The notes under the pieces: model-generated
What the model was told of the DNA's origin: nothing
Databases searched by the model: none
What the model saw: only the letters and a program-made list of their open reading frames with translations
Part shown: positions 1 to 13,287 of the stretch, piece after piece
How the letters are laid out: each line of letters starts with the position of its first letter
How positions within the stretch are numbered: position 1 is the first letter of the stretch
Assembly: GCF_009914755.1 (NCBI RefSeq)
Contig: NC_060931.1
Reading direction: 5' to 3' (one strand)
DNA: 64,000 nucleotides
Source: the human T2T-CHM13v2.0 reference genome, Homo sapiens
Made by a program: the position numbers and the translations under genes

Positions 1-19
1 TTCTTTCATGAGTATTAGT

Positions 20-345
20 GGAGACTTCCAGAGATTACATACAGTATAACAGAACCCACCGAATATAGAAACAATTTTGAGAATCCAGCTACCTTTTTTT
101 ATGTCAGTTATCTAGACATTAGTATGTAAAATGTAAAACAGTGCCACTCTCCTCACTCAATTTTTGTGTGTATGTGAATTGTATTTAGTAAAAGTGTATA
201 CTTCGGTAATGGACCCATTATTTAAAATAAATTAATGAATATTGCAAAAAATTTTCAGTTTTAATTTTTAATAGGGTAACTGTCTAAAATATAACTCACA
301 TAAACCCTTTGGAGTCCTCAGTAATTTTTAAGAATGTTAACAAAT
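20..345 (+). mobile_element. hAT-Charlie (Charlie1-like) DNA transposon fragment
   Basis: gagaatccagct...atgtaaaacagtgccactct...tttggagtcctcagtaatttttaag resembles the recalled Charlie1 3' region. Confidence 0.55.
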
Positions 346-2075
346 TGTGAGCAGGTTCAGTTCATTCCTTAAGCTTACATAGTAATGAATGTTTATTTAG
401 TAATTTTTATTGCACATTCATGATGGCTTTATGGTAATAGTCTAAGCCTCTCCTTGTTATGTTTTTTCTTTTATTGGGTAAATTTTGTTTATTGTGCTGA
501 GATTTTATCTTAGTACATTTATTTCATTTCCAGAAAGTGAGCAAAGATACTCTGATGAAGAAAAATTGTAGAAAAAAATTTGAAGGATATATTTTATGAA
601 TAAACAGATCTTATAGGAATTGTATTTTTGATACATGTAGCTGTTTTTGATACATATAGCTGTTCCAATCTCTTCATTTATATAGCTGTTCCAGTCTCTT
701 GATTTTAAGGAATTGTACTTTGATGAAGGCTACTAGATGAACAGTGAGCATCTTCTCAGCTACTAGGTAGACATAGAGTTATAATTATACGGTAAAGGTA
801 GTCTGGATTCCTCATAGCTACAACTCAGGATGGTGGGCAAAAGTACGAGAGGGCAATACAGGTAAGAGTTAGAGGACCAGATAAATACTACGTAAATACT
901 TGGATCAGGGAATCTATAGGATAAGGTTAGTTGTCTACTTCTGGAAAACTTTGAGCTTTGCGGTTAGTAGGGTGCTTTTGGAGCCAGTGGAGAGCTTTCT
1001 TTTTTACTATGGTAGTTTGGATTCCTTTGCACAGCATCATATGTCATCATTTTTGGCAAGATGGCAGCTAATTAACAAAAATGTGTGAAGCAGCCATGTT
1101 TGGGACAGTGGGGTGTAATGGAGTTATGGGATTTGGAGAGTGCATCTCCGTCTAAAGGCATGCAAATTAAATGAAACTAAACATAATATTAAGCTACATA
1201 GTTTACATTCTGTGGTCTGTGTATCTTACCTATAAGCTAATTTGAGGAAATTTACAGGGAAACAGATACATTAGGATGTGAGAATTAGCCCTGAGGCATC
1301 TTCCTTGCCTTGCTGTGTCCCTTGATTAATTAGGTGGGAGCCCTGGATGCTGGAATAATAAAATGCAACTTTTCTCCCTATTCACTACCTTACTCAGTGT
1401 GCTGTTGTTTTGGGGGGAAATGATTTAAAGCATATTTACATATATATGTTACTGGTTTCTTGTTATAAACAGAGAATTAGAAAATTCTAAATGTTTTCTG
1501 AACGATATTTCAAAACCCAGAATATTGCATGAATCAATATTAATGAAGTTTGCATTTGACAGTAATCATTCTGTCTTGTCTATTTCTAGATGGTTGTACT
1601 TATGTACATAAGGATTTATGTAATGTAATAGCATTTAAAATTAAGAAACACATTTTAAACTAAAATAGATCTATGTTTGTGAGCATATCTTGCCTTCTAT
1701 TTCCATTTTATACTCTTTAGACATTCTAGGGAACTTTTCAAAAGACTATATCAAGTTGGATTTACTACTTTTTCATGGTGGTTTTATATAGGCTGTTAAA
1801 AAAAAAAGGTTGAAAAATAGAATAAACATATCAGTTTCATCTAATGACATTGTGTACCTTTCTGTATTTTTTATGACTTTGTATAGCCTTCTGACATAGT
1901 CCTTTATCTCATTGGTGAGAATCCATGTGACATTTCTATTCTTTTTCATCTACTTTGTGAATATTCCAGATTTATTAAGAATAGTCAAAGCATGTTATGA
2001 CACAACATGCTTTATTAGAAGGATATTTAAAACCATGTTATGACACAACATCTTATTTTTAAAACTGGACTATAG

Positions 2076-2387
2076 GGCTGGGTGCAGTGGCTCATGCCTG
2101 TAATCTCAACACTTTGGGAGGCCAAGGCCAGAGGATTGCTTGAGGCCAGGAGTTTGAGGCCAGTTTGGGCAACATAGCAGGACCCCATCTCTACCAAAAA
2201 AAAAAAAAAAAAATTAGCTGGGTGTGATGTTGCCTGTAGTCTGAGCTACTAGAGAGGCCGAGGTGAGAGGATCACATATACCCGGGAGTTTGAGGCTGCA
2301 TTGAACTATGTTCTCACCACTGCACTCAGCCTGGAGAATAGAGTGAGACCCTACCTCTAAAAATTTTAAATAAATAAGTAAAAAAAT
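2076..2387 (+). mobile_element. AluJ
   Basis: Dimeric Alu with J-type motifs (gaggattgcttgagg, tttgaggctgca) and a degenerate A tail. Confidence 0.9.
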
Positions 2388-2579
2388 ACCGAGCTATTGT
2401 GCAGGCTCAGTTATGCTGACTACAACTTATGTTACTATGTTTTACATTATATAGTCTAAAGTTACTTATAGTCCAAGTAAGCCATATGGTAGTTTCTTCT
2501 GTAATTAAAGTATAATTTGGTGCTATTGAACATTGCTGTACTCTGTTCTGTAGAAAATTATATTTGAAACAATATAAAA

Positions 2580-2806
2580 CCGGGTGTGGTGGCACACGCC
2601 TGTAATCCCAGTACTTTGGGAGGCCAAGCCAAGGAGGATCTCTTGAGGCTGGCCTCAAGAGGATTTTGAGATGAGCCTGGGCAACATAGCAAGACCCAAT
2701 CTCTACACAAAATGTAAAAATTAGCCAGGTGTGGTGGTGTGTGCCTATAGTCCTAACTGCTCAGGAGGCTGAGGTGGGAGGATTGCTGAGCCCAGAAGTT
2801 CAAGAT
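2580..2806 (+). mobile_element. AluJ, 3'-truncated
   Basis: Left monomer plus half of the right monomer. Confidence 0.85.
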
Positions 2807-3499
2807 TTCATTCTATTAGAGCATATATGGCTGAGGTGGGGTGGACAAGAATATTGATAATGCATAATTAAGAAGATAAGTTTGATATGCCATTAGGTTA
2901 TTATTGTATTTAAATGTTTCTGGTTTCAGTAAACACATCAATTTTACTATTAAGATACCAGTAAAGCGTAGGTACGTTCTTCAAATACACTGTTTTTACA
3001 AGTGCCAGGTAAGGTTCTCAATGTACAAGACCGAAGTTGTGTCTTCTTTCAGTTTATATAACTTTGATCTGCTATGTCAGTTTTACCCAGGGAGCTTTGT
3101 TTAAAAAAAAAAAAAAGATTTTAAGATTCTAGACCAAATCATGGCATCTAGAGGACCACAAGCTAAACTTAATCCATAGATGGATTTTGTTTGTTAGGAG
3201 TAGAGTTAAAAAAGAAAACCTTGAATTTAAATGACTTTAGATGGGGCATTCCAGTTTGCCACAGGCTCTAAGTTCTCACAGGCCCCAGCATTTACTAACT
3301 GCTTCTCATCATTCATTTTTGTCTTATATTTTTCTGGCATCTTTTAGGTCTCCTTCACCCATTTATGTTGACTATTACTGCTTCTCAAGGCATTTGTATT
3401 TAAGGCCCTTGCCTCAGCTCTGCTAAGTCAGAATTTGCAGAGTTGGGCTCTAGTTACCTCTATTTAGAAATCTCCTTAAATGAATCTGATGACAGTCAG

Positions 3500-3700
3500 G
3501 TAATGGTTAAGGAAGATGGATCTTACATACTGGACATAGGTCTTGGTTCAGCAACTTAACCTCTCTGGCTTTCAGTTTTCTATCCATAAAATTGATATTA
3601 AAATGGTAGAACCCACCTCATGTGGTAGTGGTGAAGGTTAAAGAGATAGTATATACAAAAGCGCATGTGCTTATTTCATGGTAGATATTCAGAAACATGT
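3500..3700 (+). mobile_element. MIR
   Basis: acttaacctctctggctttcagttttctatccataaaattg MIR core. Confidence 0.65.
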
Positions 3701-3791
3701 TTTTCCCTTTCTGTCTTCCACTGGGAGTAGGATCTTGAAAGCTCCATTTCTCCAAGCAGGTTGAAGGGATATTCCATGTCAACCAATGCAT

Positions 3792-4249
3792 TAATTAGGA
3801 CATTATTTTGACTGGTTTAACAAAACCAAGTAACGAGTTGCTTAAACGAAGAAGTTGAATTCACTCTAATATACAATTCCAGGCGGATTGGATACTGAGG
3901 GGAGTTTGGTTCCAGGGATCAGTTCCCTTCTTTCTTCTTGCTTCACCTTCCTTTAGTCTATTGCACTCTCCTACACAGTCAAAGATGGTTTATCACCATC
4001 TTGACTGGATTCTTCCTCATTGGAAGTAGCAAAGAGGAGGTTAAGAGTAGGCAGCTTCCTTTCAAGGGCATGGTCTGGGCATTTCATACAACTTATTGGC
4101 CAGAACTTAATCACATGGCCACATCTAGCTGTGGGGAGGCTGGATCAGATAGTTTCTAGCAGGGTAGCCATATGCCCAGTAAAAACTCATAGGGGTCTAG
4201 TACTAATGGGAAGAATGGATATTGTAAGACAATTAGTAGTTTCTGCCAT
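3792..4249 (-). mobile_element. MLT1J-like MaLR solo LTR
   Basis: attggccagaacttaatcacatggccacatctagctg...gaatggatattg...tctgccata is the reverse complement of the recalled MLT1J 5' end. Confidence 0.75.
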
Positions 4250-4549
4250 AGTAAGTATTGGTGTTTTTCTTAAGTCAGAGTCTTGGTCCAAATGCTTAAC
4301 TCACCTATGCAAGCATGAATCCTATCTCTAATGACTCAATTTCAACCTCATTTACTTTGAAACATTAGAATAATTATCTAGATCTGGGTATTTGGGCTGA
4401 GGTTCGGTATAATCTTTATTTCCATTTAACATCTCTGTCACCAAGATTTAGAGCATGTCATGAGAAAGCAGCTGTTTGTATGTGTTAATGTAGTCTCCTA
4501 ATTAATTTTTGTATTTAATTTTTAAAGCTATATGAAGTAATTGTAAGTA

Positions 4550-4690
4550 AACCCTGTTTTACTAATGTGGTAACTGAGGCCCAGAGATGTTAAGCAATTT
4601 TTTGAAGTCCCATAGCCTGTAAATGATAGAGCCAAGATTTGTATCCGGGTTTTTATGTCTTCAAATTCTGTGATACACATTGCTGTACTG
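4550..4690 (-). mobile_element. MIR
   Basis: aactgaggcccagagatgttaagcaa...gagccaagatttg. Confidence 0.65.
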
Positions 4691-5144
4691 TGACATCTAT
4701 AGATATCACACTACAGAATTGCCTCATATGCTTTTTTTTTAATATTAAGGACACATTAGATTTTTTTTTCTTTCTGTTCTTATATGTCTCTCCTCGGTAG
4801 TGTTGTCATTTCTCTTTGGGTTGTAAAACTCTACTTAGAGACACTTTTGACATAACTTAGAGAAAAACTAATAGCTTATGTTTACTGTTCCTTTTTGGGA
4901 CAGACATAAAGAATGAACAGCCTGTTGTTTTGTTAGCAATTACATTGTAAATTACTTTTTTGTACTACATCTTTACAAGTTGTTTTTGATAGAATAAATA
5001 TTCTTTTTTGTACACTACTTTTTATGAATGAAAATGTACTGTTAGGCTATGAGAGAGCTGTAATTCCACTTGAGTTTTTAGGGAAAGAGTTAAGGGCATA
5101 ACTTAAATTTTTTTATTGACAGGGCTTAGAATTTCTTAATTCTA

Positions 5145-5453
5145 TTTTTTTTTTTTTTTTTTTTTTTTTTTGAGACAGACTGTCGCTCTGTCACCCAGGC
5201 TGGAGTGCAGTGGCGCGATCTCGGTTAATTACAACATCTCCCTCCTGTATTCAAGCAATTCTCCTACCTCAGCCTCCTGAGTAGCTGGGATTACAGGCAC
5301 ATGCCACTGTGCCTGGCTAATTTTTGTACTTTTAGTAGAGACAGGCTTTTGCCGTGTTGGCCAGGCTAGTCTCGAACTCCCAACCTCAAGTGATCTGCTT
5401 GCCTCGGTCTCCCAAAGTGCTGGGATTACAGGCATGTGCCACCACGCCTGGCC
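5145..5453 (-). mobile_element. AluS (Sx/Sz-like), antisense
   Basis: Poly-T followed by reverse Alu; TSD cttaattctattttt on both sides. Confidence 0.95.
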
Positions 5454-5647
5454 CTTAATTCTATTTTTATCCTCAGTAGAATCTGTCCATTGTTAGCCAG
5501 TTAGAAATGCCACACTTATCTTGTTGGCTAGTTGAATGTTGTTGTTTTGCAATATTAGTTTATGCATAACTTTAATATTTAATGATTATTTCTACTTAAG
5601 ATTATTAAAATCCTATTTGTTTTAAACAGTGACTTTTTAAAAAAATA

Positions 5648-5963
5648 CAGCCGGCCCTCCGTGTCTGTGGATTACACATTCTTAGATTCAACCAACTGCA
5701 GATCGAAAATGTTTGAAAAAAAAAAAGCGTAATAAAAAAGAATACAAATATAAAACCAATACAGTGTAACAACTATTTGCACATTTACATTTGTGTATTA
5801 GGTATTATAAGTAATGTAGAGACTGCTTAAAATATGTGGGAGAATGCATGTAAACTAGATGCAAATACCACACCATTTAACATAAGACGCTTGAGCATCC
5901 ACAGATTTTGGTATCCTTGGGGGGTCCTGGAACCAGTCCCCCATGGATATTGAAGGGCTACTA
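5648..5963 (-). mobile_element. MER2-like TcMar-Tigger element
   Basis: Starts TA|cagccggccctccg; internal gagcatccacagattttggtatcc...gtcctggaacca; reverse-complement relative of the 58645-58964 copy. Confidence 0.8.
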
Positions 5964-6244
5964 TACAAGTACACCCAAATAATACATTATATTTGATTTC
6001 AATATCTTTAAACCTGCAGGCCCTTTAAAGAAAAACGTTGTTGGTAATTTGAAGTTGACATACAAGATCAAGTTTCTAAAGAAGTAATTTTTGTCATTAT
6101 GTACAAAAATTATTTTTGTAATTTATTAGATGTAACTAGCACTAGTAGATTCTTTGAAAAGGAAGTAATATTCTTTTGTGTTAGGTCTTTTATGACTCTT
6201 GGGAGTACAAATGTTCACTATTTTTCTGTGCTTTCTTTGTATAG

Positions 6245-6391
6245 GATATAGCAGATCCATTCTTTGCTTATTGTAAGCAACATGCAGATAGGTTAGACAG
6301 AAAGTGGAAGAGAAAAAACTACTTGGCTCTACAGTCCTATTGTAAAATGTCTTTGCAAGAGAGAGAGAAGCAACTATCACCAGAAGCACAG
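6245..6391 (+). CDS. PHF14: PHF14 internal coding exon (147 nt, phase 0/0): DIADPFFAYCKQHADRLDRKWKRKNYLALQSYCKMSLQEREKQLSPEAQ
   Basis: Pyrimidine tract + tag acceptor and CAG|gtatgg donor; 49 open codons; YCKQH is the end of the extended PHD (PZP) module; peptide recognised as PHF14. Confidence 0.96.
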
Positions 6392-7022
6392 GTATGGGAT
6401 TCATGTCAAAACCCGTATGTTTTTGTTTTAAGGTTATGTAAGGATTTTACGTCTCGTGTGGCTTCCAGTGACATGTGACGTATAATAGGAAGTTTGGTTA
6501 GTTACCTAGGAAATGGATTGTGATTAAGGTAAATAGTGAGTATAATTTTTGGCTGAATACAGTACTCCTCATTTAGTCAAACAGAGCAGTCCTTTATAAA
6601 GTAAATTTTCACATTGAAAAATGTGACTGTGAGGAAATTACTCTATCAGTGCAATATATTTATTACATCTTGTTTCAGTTTGTTCAAAGGATTTAGTCAG
6701 TTTGCCTATATTTAAAATATAATTTTATATACATTAAACCTATGGAGACAATAGCAGTTATTAAGAAGAGAAACTTCAGCTTAATTAGTTTCTCAAAACT
6801 CTGATTATAAGTTAGGACAGTTGTTACTAGGGGCAGATATAGTTTATTGTAACTCAAAAATTATACAGTATACCTTAAGGATCATTCATACCTATAATTT
6901 GCTTTGGTGTGAGAAGTTCTGATTATCTTTCTGTGAACATGGGAATAAAAATCAATGTAAAAATCTTAAGGAACATGTTTCATTTTATTATCTTTTAAAA
7001 TTTGAATACATTTCTTTTATAG

Positions 7023-7293
7023 GCAAGGATCAATGCCCGGCTTCAGCAGTATCGTGCCAAAGCAGAACTAGCTCGATCTACCAGACCCCAGGCCTGGGTT
7101 CCAAGGGAAAAATTGCCCAGACCACTCACCAGCAGTGCTTCAGCTATTCGTAAACTTATGCGGAAAGCAGAACTCATGGGGATCAGTACAGATATCTTTC
7201 CAGTGGACAATTCAGATACTAGTTCTAGTGTGGATGGAAGGAGAAAACATAAGCAACCAGCTCTCACTGCAGATTTTGTGAATTATTATTTTG
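7023..7293 (+). CDS. PHF14: PHF14 coding exon (271 nt, phase 0/1): ARINARLQQYRAKAEL...PALTADFVNYYF
   Basis: tttcttttatag| acceptor and G|gtcagt donor; overlaps ORF 7113..7406; in frame with both neighbours. Confidence 0.96.
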
Positions 7294-7589
7294 GTCAGTA
7301 TAGACACTGGTACATGCACATTTTCACTGAGAACAATTTGTTAATGAAAATGTTTGATATACTGTTAATTTTTAGAAATTTATTAGCCATGCTGCATATA
7401 TCATAGAGGGATGTTTATTTTCCTAATATGTTGTGGGTTTTTACAAAATGCTAGGTTCATTTATTTGTAAATATACTTAAAAGTTTTAAACTATGTAGGT
7501 TTATCAATGTGATCATCTTTATAGCTAGTTTCTTCCTATGTCAGTTTTTACTTCCTACTAAAGTAAAATTCGATATTTCATTTAAATAG

Positions 7590-7696
7590 AGAGAAATATG
7601 CGCATGATTCAAATTCAGGAAAATATGGCTGAACAAAAGAATATAAAAGATAAATTAGAGAATGAACAAGAAAAGCTTCATGTAGAATATAATAAG
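7590..7696 (+). CDS. PHF14: PHF14 coding exon (107 nt, phase 1/0): (E)RNMRMIQIQENMAEQKNIKDKLENEQEKLHVEYNK, coiled coil
   Basis: tag| acceptor and AAG|gtaagt donor; split codon G+AG=Glu keeps the frame; heptad-like hydrophobic pattern. Confidence 0.95.
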
Positions 7697-7854
7697 GTAA
7701 GTTAGCTACAAAATATGCAACATAATGTGATAGATCTTACTGATGATTTCTTTTGTGAATGTATGGCATTTCTTTTATGTTTTGTTTTTAATTTCTTCTG
7801 GAGCTCTTTGGCTCTTCCCTATAACTCCTACTCCTCATTAGCTTCATTATCATC

Positions 7855-8095
7855 ACTGTCTCTTACTGAGCACTTTGTGTGCCAGGCATAATTTTGATCT
7901 CTTTACATGTATTATTTAATTCCCAGCTTAACTTTATAGTGTAGGTTATAATCATTGCTTCCATTTTCAGGGAGAAAACTGAATCCTGAAGAAGTTAAAT
8001 AATTTGCCCAGGTTCACACAAGTAGTCAAGTCACAGACTTGACAAATGAAGTCAGTTGGTGTGAGGCCAACTCATGTGACTCTGTTCTCTATTTC
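7855..8095 (-). mobile_element. MIR
   Basis: gagcactttgtgtgccaggca...gaaaactgaatcctgaagaagttaaataatttgcccagg. Confidence 0.7.
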
Positions 8096-8404
8096 TAATC
8101 AATAAACATTGCTATAGAGCTTCACTTTCTAAGTTTGTAGAAAATTTAGAAACTTTTCTTTAAATTATTATTTATCTTGAATTATATTATAATGTTTGGA
8201 ATAAAAATTTCCAAATTTGAATTTTCATGTACCTCTTCATCGTAATGAGAAAAGATTCAAAAAGAAGTATCTTATAAAAGCAAAATGTGGTTAAAATGTT
8301 ATACCAAGTATAACTTGACATATAAAACGGGTATTGACTTATTGTTAGAAAACATTTTAAGTCATAAAAAAATAGTAGGAAGTACGTTTCCAATAATCAG
8401 CTAC

Positions 8405-8625
8405 ACTGTGTAGTAAAAAGAGTACTTGGAATTAGATTCAGAGGACCTGGGGATTCTTGCTAGTTCTGTGATCTTGGCCAACTCACAAAAACTCTATGAT
8501 CCTTAGTTTTTTTCATTGGGAAAATAGTGGAAATACATCTTGAGAGAGTCACAAGGATTAGTTAGCAGAACATGATGTTATATAACAAACTGTAAAAGAA
8601 GGTATAAACGTAGTTACCATTATTA
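8405..8625 (+). mobile_element. MIR (degenerate)
   Basis: tgtgatcttggccaactcac...ccttagtttttttcattgggaaaatag. Confidence 0.55.
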
Positions 8626-8736
8626 GTAAAAATGCCAGCAGAAAACAAAATGCTTACAGCAACAAATACTGCTGAATAATTGGATAGCCTTGTCTCTCAG
8701 TGGTATTGTGGCTTGAATATATTAAAAATATATGGA

Positions 8737-9321
<585 letters not shown>

Positions 9322-9364
9322 TCAGATATTTTAATGAAGTTTACTAATTTGGCTTACTTTGTAG

Positions 9365-9460
9365 CTATGTGAATCTTTAGAAGAACTACAAAACCTGAAT
9401 GGAAAACTTCGAAGTGAAGGACAAGGAATATGGGCTTTACTAGGCAGAATCACAGGGCAG
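9365..9460 (+). CDS. PHF14: PHF14 coding exon (96 nt, phase 0/0): LCESLEELQNLNGKLRSEGQGIWALLGRITGQ
   Basis: ctttgtag| acceptor and CAG|gttagt donor; 32 open codons. Confidence 0.95.
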
Positions 9461-11276
9461 GTTAGTTTCTTTCCAATTGCTGTCTCCTTCAGTTCTTGCT
9501 CCCTATATGATTTTCAAAGAACAGATTTTTGATACAACTGTCATTTGACTAACCGAAGAATTCTGTTTGATCAGGGCCTAATCCTTTGGGATAATGATTT
9601 CTGCTTGAAATACACCTAGAGCATTGGAAGCTGCCTACTGAGAACCTCTAGTTTAATTTGGTTGTTTCAACAGCTATCTTGTGTGCAAAATTTTTTCATT
9701 TGCTCTAACTGATTGACCTGTCATTTGTGATGAAGCTTAAGACTTGAAGCATGAGTTTTTCCTACTACATTCTTCTTTCCTTTAATTTAGCAGTTTTAGA
9801 TTCCCTGCCACATTTTTTTCTTTCCTGTCCTTATGCTGTATTTTTTTTTCTATTCTTTGGATGTATAATTTAAAATTAAAAAAGGCAAACTAGAGATATT
9901 CATTTTTATGTTAATTTGGTTTTCAGCTGTATAAGAGATGGTTTTTTAAACTTTAATGTTAAAATGTATTTTTCCCCTTTAACAGTAGCTGTGATCGTAG
10001 TTATTAAAAAAAACTTTATTCATGAACACCTTTAGTCTGTTAAAGTTTTTGGTGTTGAATAATTATTGTTAGATGGATTTCTTTGAATGCCTTTTTTAGT
10101 ACTGTGTATATAATTGATAAATTACAGTTTTCGCAAATATTTTTTATTTTTTAAGGATGATGGAGACCCACTGTTTGTGGTCCTTTCACTAAAAAGTAGT
10201 TTTATTTGTGAAGGAGCTTTTCGAACAGATATTTTTCATTATACTTGTTTTAGAGGTTTATGGAGAGTCAAATTCATCACACAGCTTATTTAAATATTTT
10301 AAGAAGTGATACATACTGATTTGTACTGTGCTATACCAGCTTTGAAGATGCTTTATGTGAAAAGAATGTGTGTGGCTTGTATCCTAAAGAATGTTTTAAA
10401 AGGTGAGAATTAGTAGTCGCCTCTGGGAGGATCAGCCTTTGTTCCTGTTAATAGGTTGGTTGATGGATTTTTGGAAGATTATGTTTTATACTTAATATTT
10501 AGAGGAGTTAATGTTGAGTATAAGGCTTTAGTTTATTTGCCAAGCTAGCATTATCTTTTGGCTTGATTTGCAAGTTTTTCTCATAAGAATCTCCTGTTTA
10601 AAATACTATCTACCATAAAAGACATTTTCATTTATTAAAAGACTTTTAACAGAGGTTTGCAAATTTCCTTTTGCAAATGTAAAATACACAGCAGAAGTAG
10701 AATTCATTTATACTGCTTGCATGACACTTTTTTTTTCAGTTGGTTGAACAGATGTGGGCCCACCAGGCCACTGAGAAATGACTTTGATAGATGGTTGCTG
10801 TCTGAGAAGCCAGCATACTACAGATTAGTAGAAACCCAAAGAGAATCTCACTTGCTTTGTTGGAGAGTTTGGTCCAATAAGATAATTTTTCTAATTAACC
10901 TATGGAACACCAATATAGCTGGGGTGCTGAAGAAAATAAATGGCCTCAATATTCTTTTTGTCAAGTGTACTGTGTTTTGTTTTTTTTAAACCTCCTACGT
11001 ATGTGTCTTTGTCTTTGAAAGCTGAAATAGAAGTTTAATTTTTATGTTTTAGTGTACCACTGAAAATTGATGAAAGTCTGTAATTATAGATTTCTAATGG
11101 AAATAACTATTAGAAAAAAGCTCATTTTAATCCTTTTTGCCAATGTAAAATCTGATAAAGCAGATTTCCCCCTAACAATCCTACTATATTTACTTGGCTT
11201 GAGTGGCAATTAGAGGAAAATGTTGCTTTTATTTCTTTCTTAAAACAATATATACTACATTTGTTCAAATCAATAG

Positions 11277-11380
11277 AAGTTGAATATACCGGCAATTTTG
11301 CGAGCACCCAAGGAGAGAAAACCAAGTAAAAAAGAAGGAGGCACACAAAAGACATCTACTCTTCCTGCAGTACTTTATAG
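11277..11380 (+). CDS. PHF14: PHF14 coding exon (104 nt, phase 0/2): KLNIPAILRAPKERKPSKKEGGTQKTSTLPAVLY; ends at a GC donor
   Basis: caatag| acceptor; AG|gcaagt donor; AG+T=Ser joins the next exon in frame. Confidence 0.93.
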
Positions 11381-12029
11381 GCAAGTAATGAAATTAATAA
11401 TGATAGAATAATGTTGTGTATTTTTTTAAACTGATACTTATTAGAAAGAAGATCCTGCAAATATTTGAGAATGAATTATGTCCATACCAGAATTTAAGTG
11501 CATTTGAAGTTCATTTTCTCAAAAGATGCATTCCAGTTTGAATGATAGAGGAGATTTTTGTTGCTGTTTTAACCTAAACTCTATGGAAATGAGCAGTACC
11601 CTTTGGGGAACTGGAAAATTACTTTAGATAACATTATAGTTATTGTCTTAAATAATTTAAACAATATAAAAGATGAGCATTTATATTTTATTTTACTTGA
11701 ATGAATTGTAGAGTTTGTTTTTTAGATAGTGATGGGTATCATATATGTATATATATAGAATGAATCTATTGCCTTTGTAGGCAGTGGATAATGAAGATAA
11801 GTTTTAGTTTTGAGTTTCTACACTTTTTTTCTCTTGATGCTCAGTTGCAATCACTTTGTTCGCATAAGTATTTTTGTTTTTTACTTTCTTTGCTCAATAT
11901 TTTCGGTGTTCACCATTATAGTAATTTTATTATAGTCAAGACTTCTTTCCATAAATAAATAGGTTACGATCTCACTTTTTCCCAAATAATTATATTAAGT
12001 GGGAGAAGTTTAGAAGATGCTGGTGTTTT

Positions 12030-12063
12030 TGTGTGTGTGTGTGTGTGTATGTATGTGTGTGTA
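12030..12063. repeat. (TG)n microsatellite
   Basis: Visible dinucleotide run. Confidence 0.9.
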
Positions 12064-12465
12064 TATTTATCTATGTATATGCATACATATATGTTATGCA
12101 TGTGTAAATACATAAATATTCTTCTCAAAATTTCTTTCTCAGAAATAGTAGCAATAACAACAATATCAATCTCCATAACTACCTTCTGTTTTTTTGTTGG
12201 AGGCTCCCTCTACAAGTAATAGCAAATAACTTCCTTGAAGTGTGGGAAAAGCCTACATTGTCTTAGTGTACAATGTGAACATTAGCACATTCTCAGGCCA
12301 GCTTTTTCAAACACGGTTGGTTCATTTGGAACCATCAGGCAATATCACTATGCTTCTGACTTTTATGACTACAATTCATTTTTGTTTCAGAATATATTTT
12401 AAGTGATTTTTCTTTTTTACTGAGACCAGGTACTGGTTATTTATTTATTTATTTTGGCTTTTTAA

Positions 12466-12484
12466 GTGTGTGTGTGTGTGTGTG
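12466..12484. repeat. (TG)n microsatellite
   Basis: Visible dinucleotide run. Confidence 0.9.
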
Positions 12485-13287
12485 ACTTTTTTCTAGGAGT
12501 ATTTAAAAAAAAAACCTAACCATCATTGCTTTCTGTACTTTCCAAATATAAATATACTTTAGATTTTCAGGTGATGGTGCTTGTGTACGCAGGTGTAGTT
12601 AAATTGCCTTTTTGCATAAGAGAAGTTAGATTTCTGAGAAACCAAAAGATCCTAAAATAATAGTAGCAATCACAAAATTCCACAATCTTTGCAATAAATA
12701 TCAATTGATGTGTGCGTTTTTAATTTTTTTACTTTTGAATTTAATTAGTATATTTTTAAAACGCAAAATTCAGTATTGAAAAGAGACTCATGTATACTTG
12801 CAGTATATCTACATGTTGAAGACTGTTTGAAAGGTTTACAACTAATGGTAGGAAATAAACTACCTTCTGTTTGTGAAGTAATTTTTTTATAGTTTTAGAA
12901 AATTGGAAAATTACTTTGTTCTATAATTTATGTGTCTAGAGAAAAAATGAACTAATGTGAAATGGGTTTTAAGTAATAACTAAAATTAAAATGAATATGA
13001 TGTTGAGGATAAATACCTTATATATGTAATTCTTTAGAAGGTTTGACTCTAGTAGTATTTAAATTTTTACCAGATCCAAGCTATTTTTAACATTCTCAAA
13101 AGTATTTAGAACTAACAGTTACTGACATTGTAAAAAGATGTGTTAATGAAAGAAATTGTCTATCTCAACAGAAGAAATAGTAAGTTAAATCAAGATGAAA
13201 TTTTGTAAGTTGAAAAATATGCTATAAGTAAACTGTTTCACTATGATAATTATTATTGAAATCTTTACTTGCTGCCTTTATTAAAAG

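Larger units (their letters stand above)
11381..13287 (+). other. PHF14: Non-canonical U2-type GC-AG intron
   Basis: Begins gcaagt and ends attaaaag; this junction gives the in-frame VLY-S-CGIC reading. Confidence 0.88.

Noticed and set aside
616-725. Short regularly spaced repeats (tttttgatacat.tagctg etc.)
   Set aside because: Local slippage duplications; no repeat-spacer array and eukaryotic context, so not CRISPR-like
6126-7267. Minus-strand ORFs overlapping PHF14 exons (also 22097-22384 and 32478-32675)
   Set aside because: Antisense shadows of real exons; no separate splice or promoter support
11381-11390. Possible U12 (minor) intron
   Set aside because: Donor gcaagt matches the U1 consensus, not RTATCCTT
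12560-12600. AG|GT ratchet-point or 22-nt microexon-like site (similar sites near 48776 and 61057)
   Set aside because: The reconstituted donors (gtgatg, gtggca, gttact) are weak and such motifs are frequent by chance
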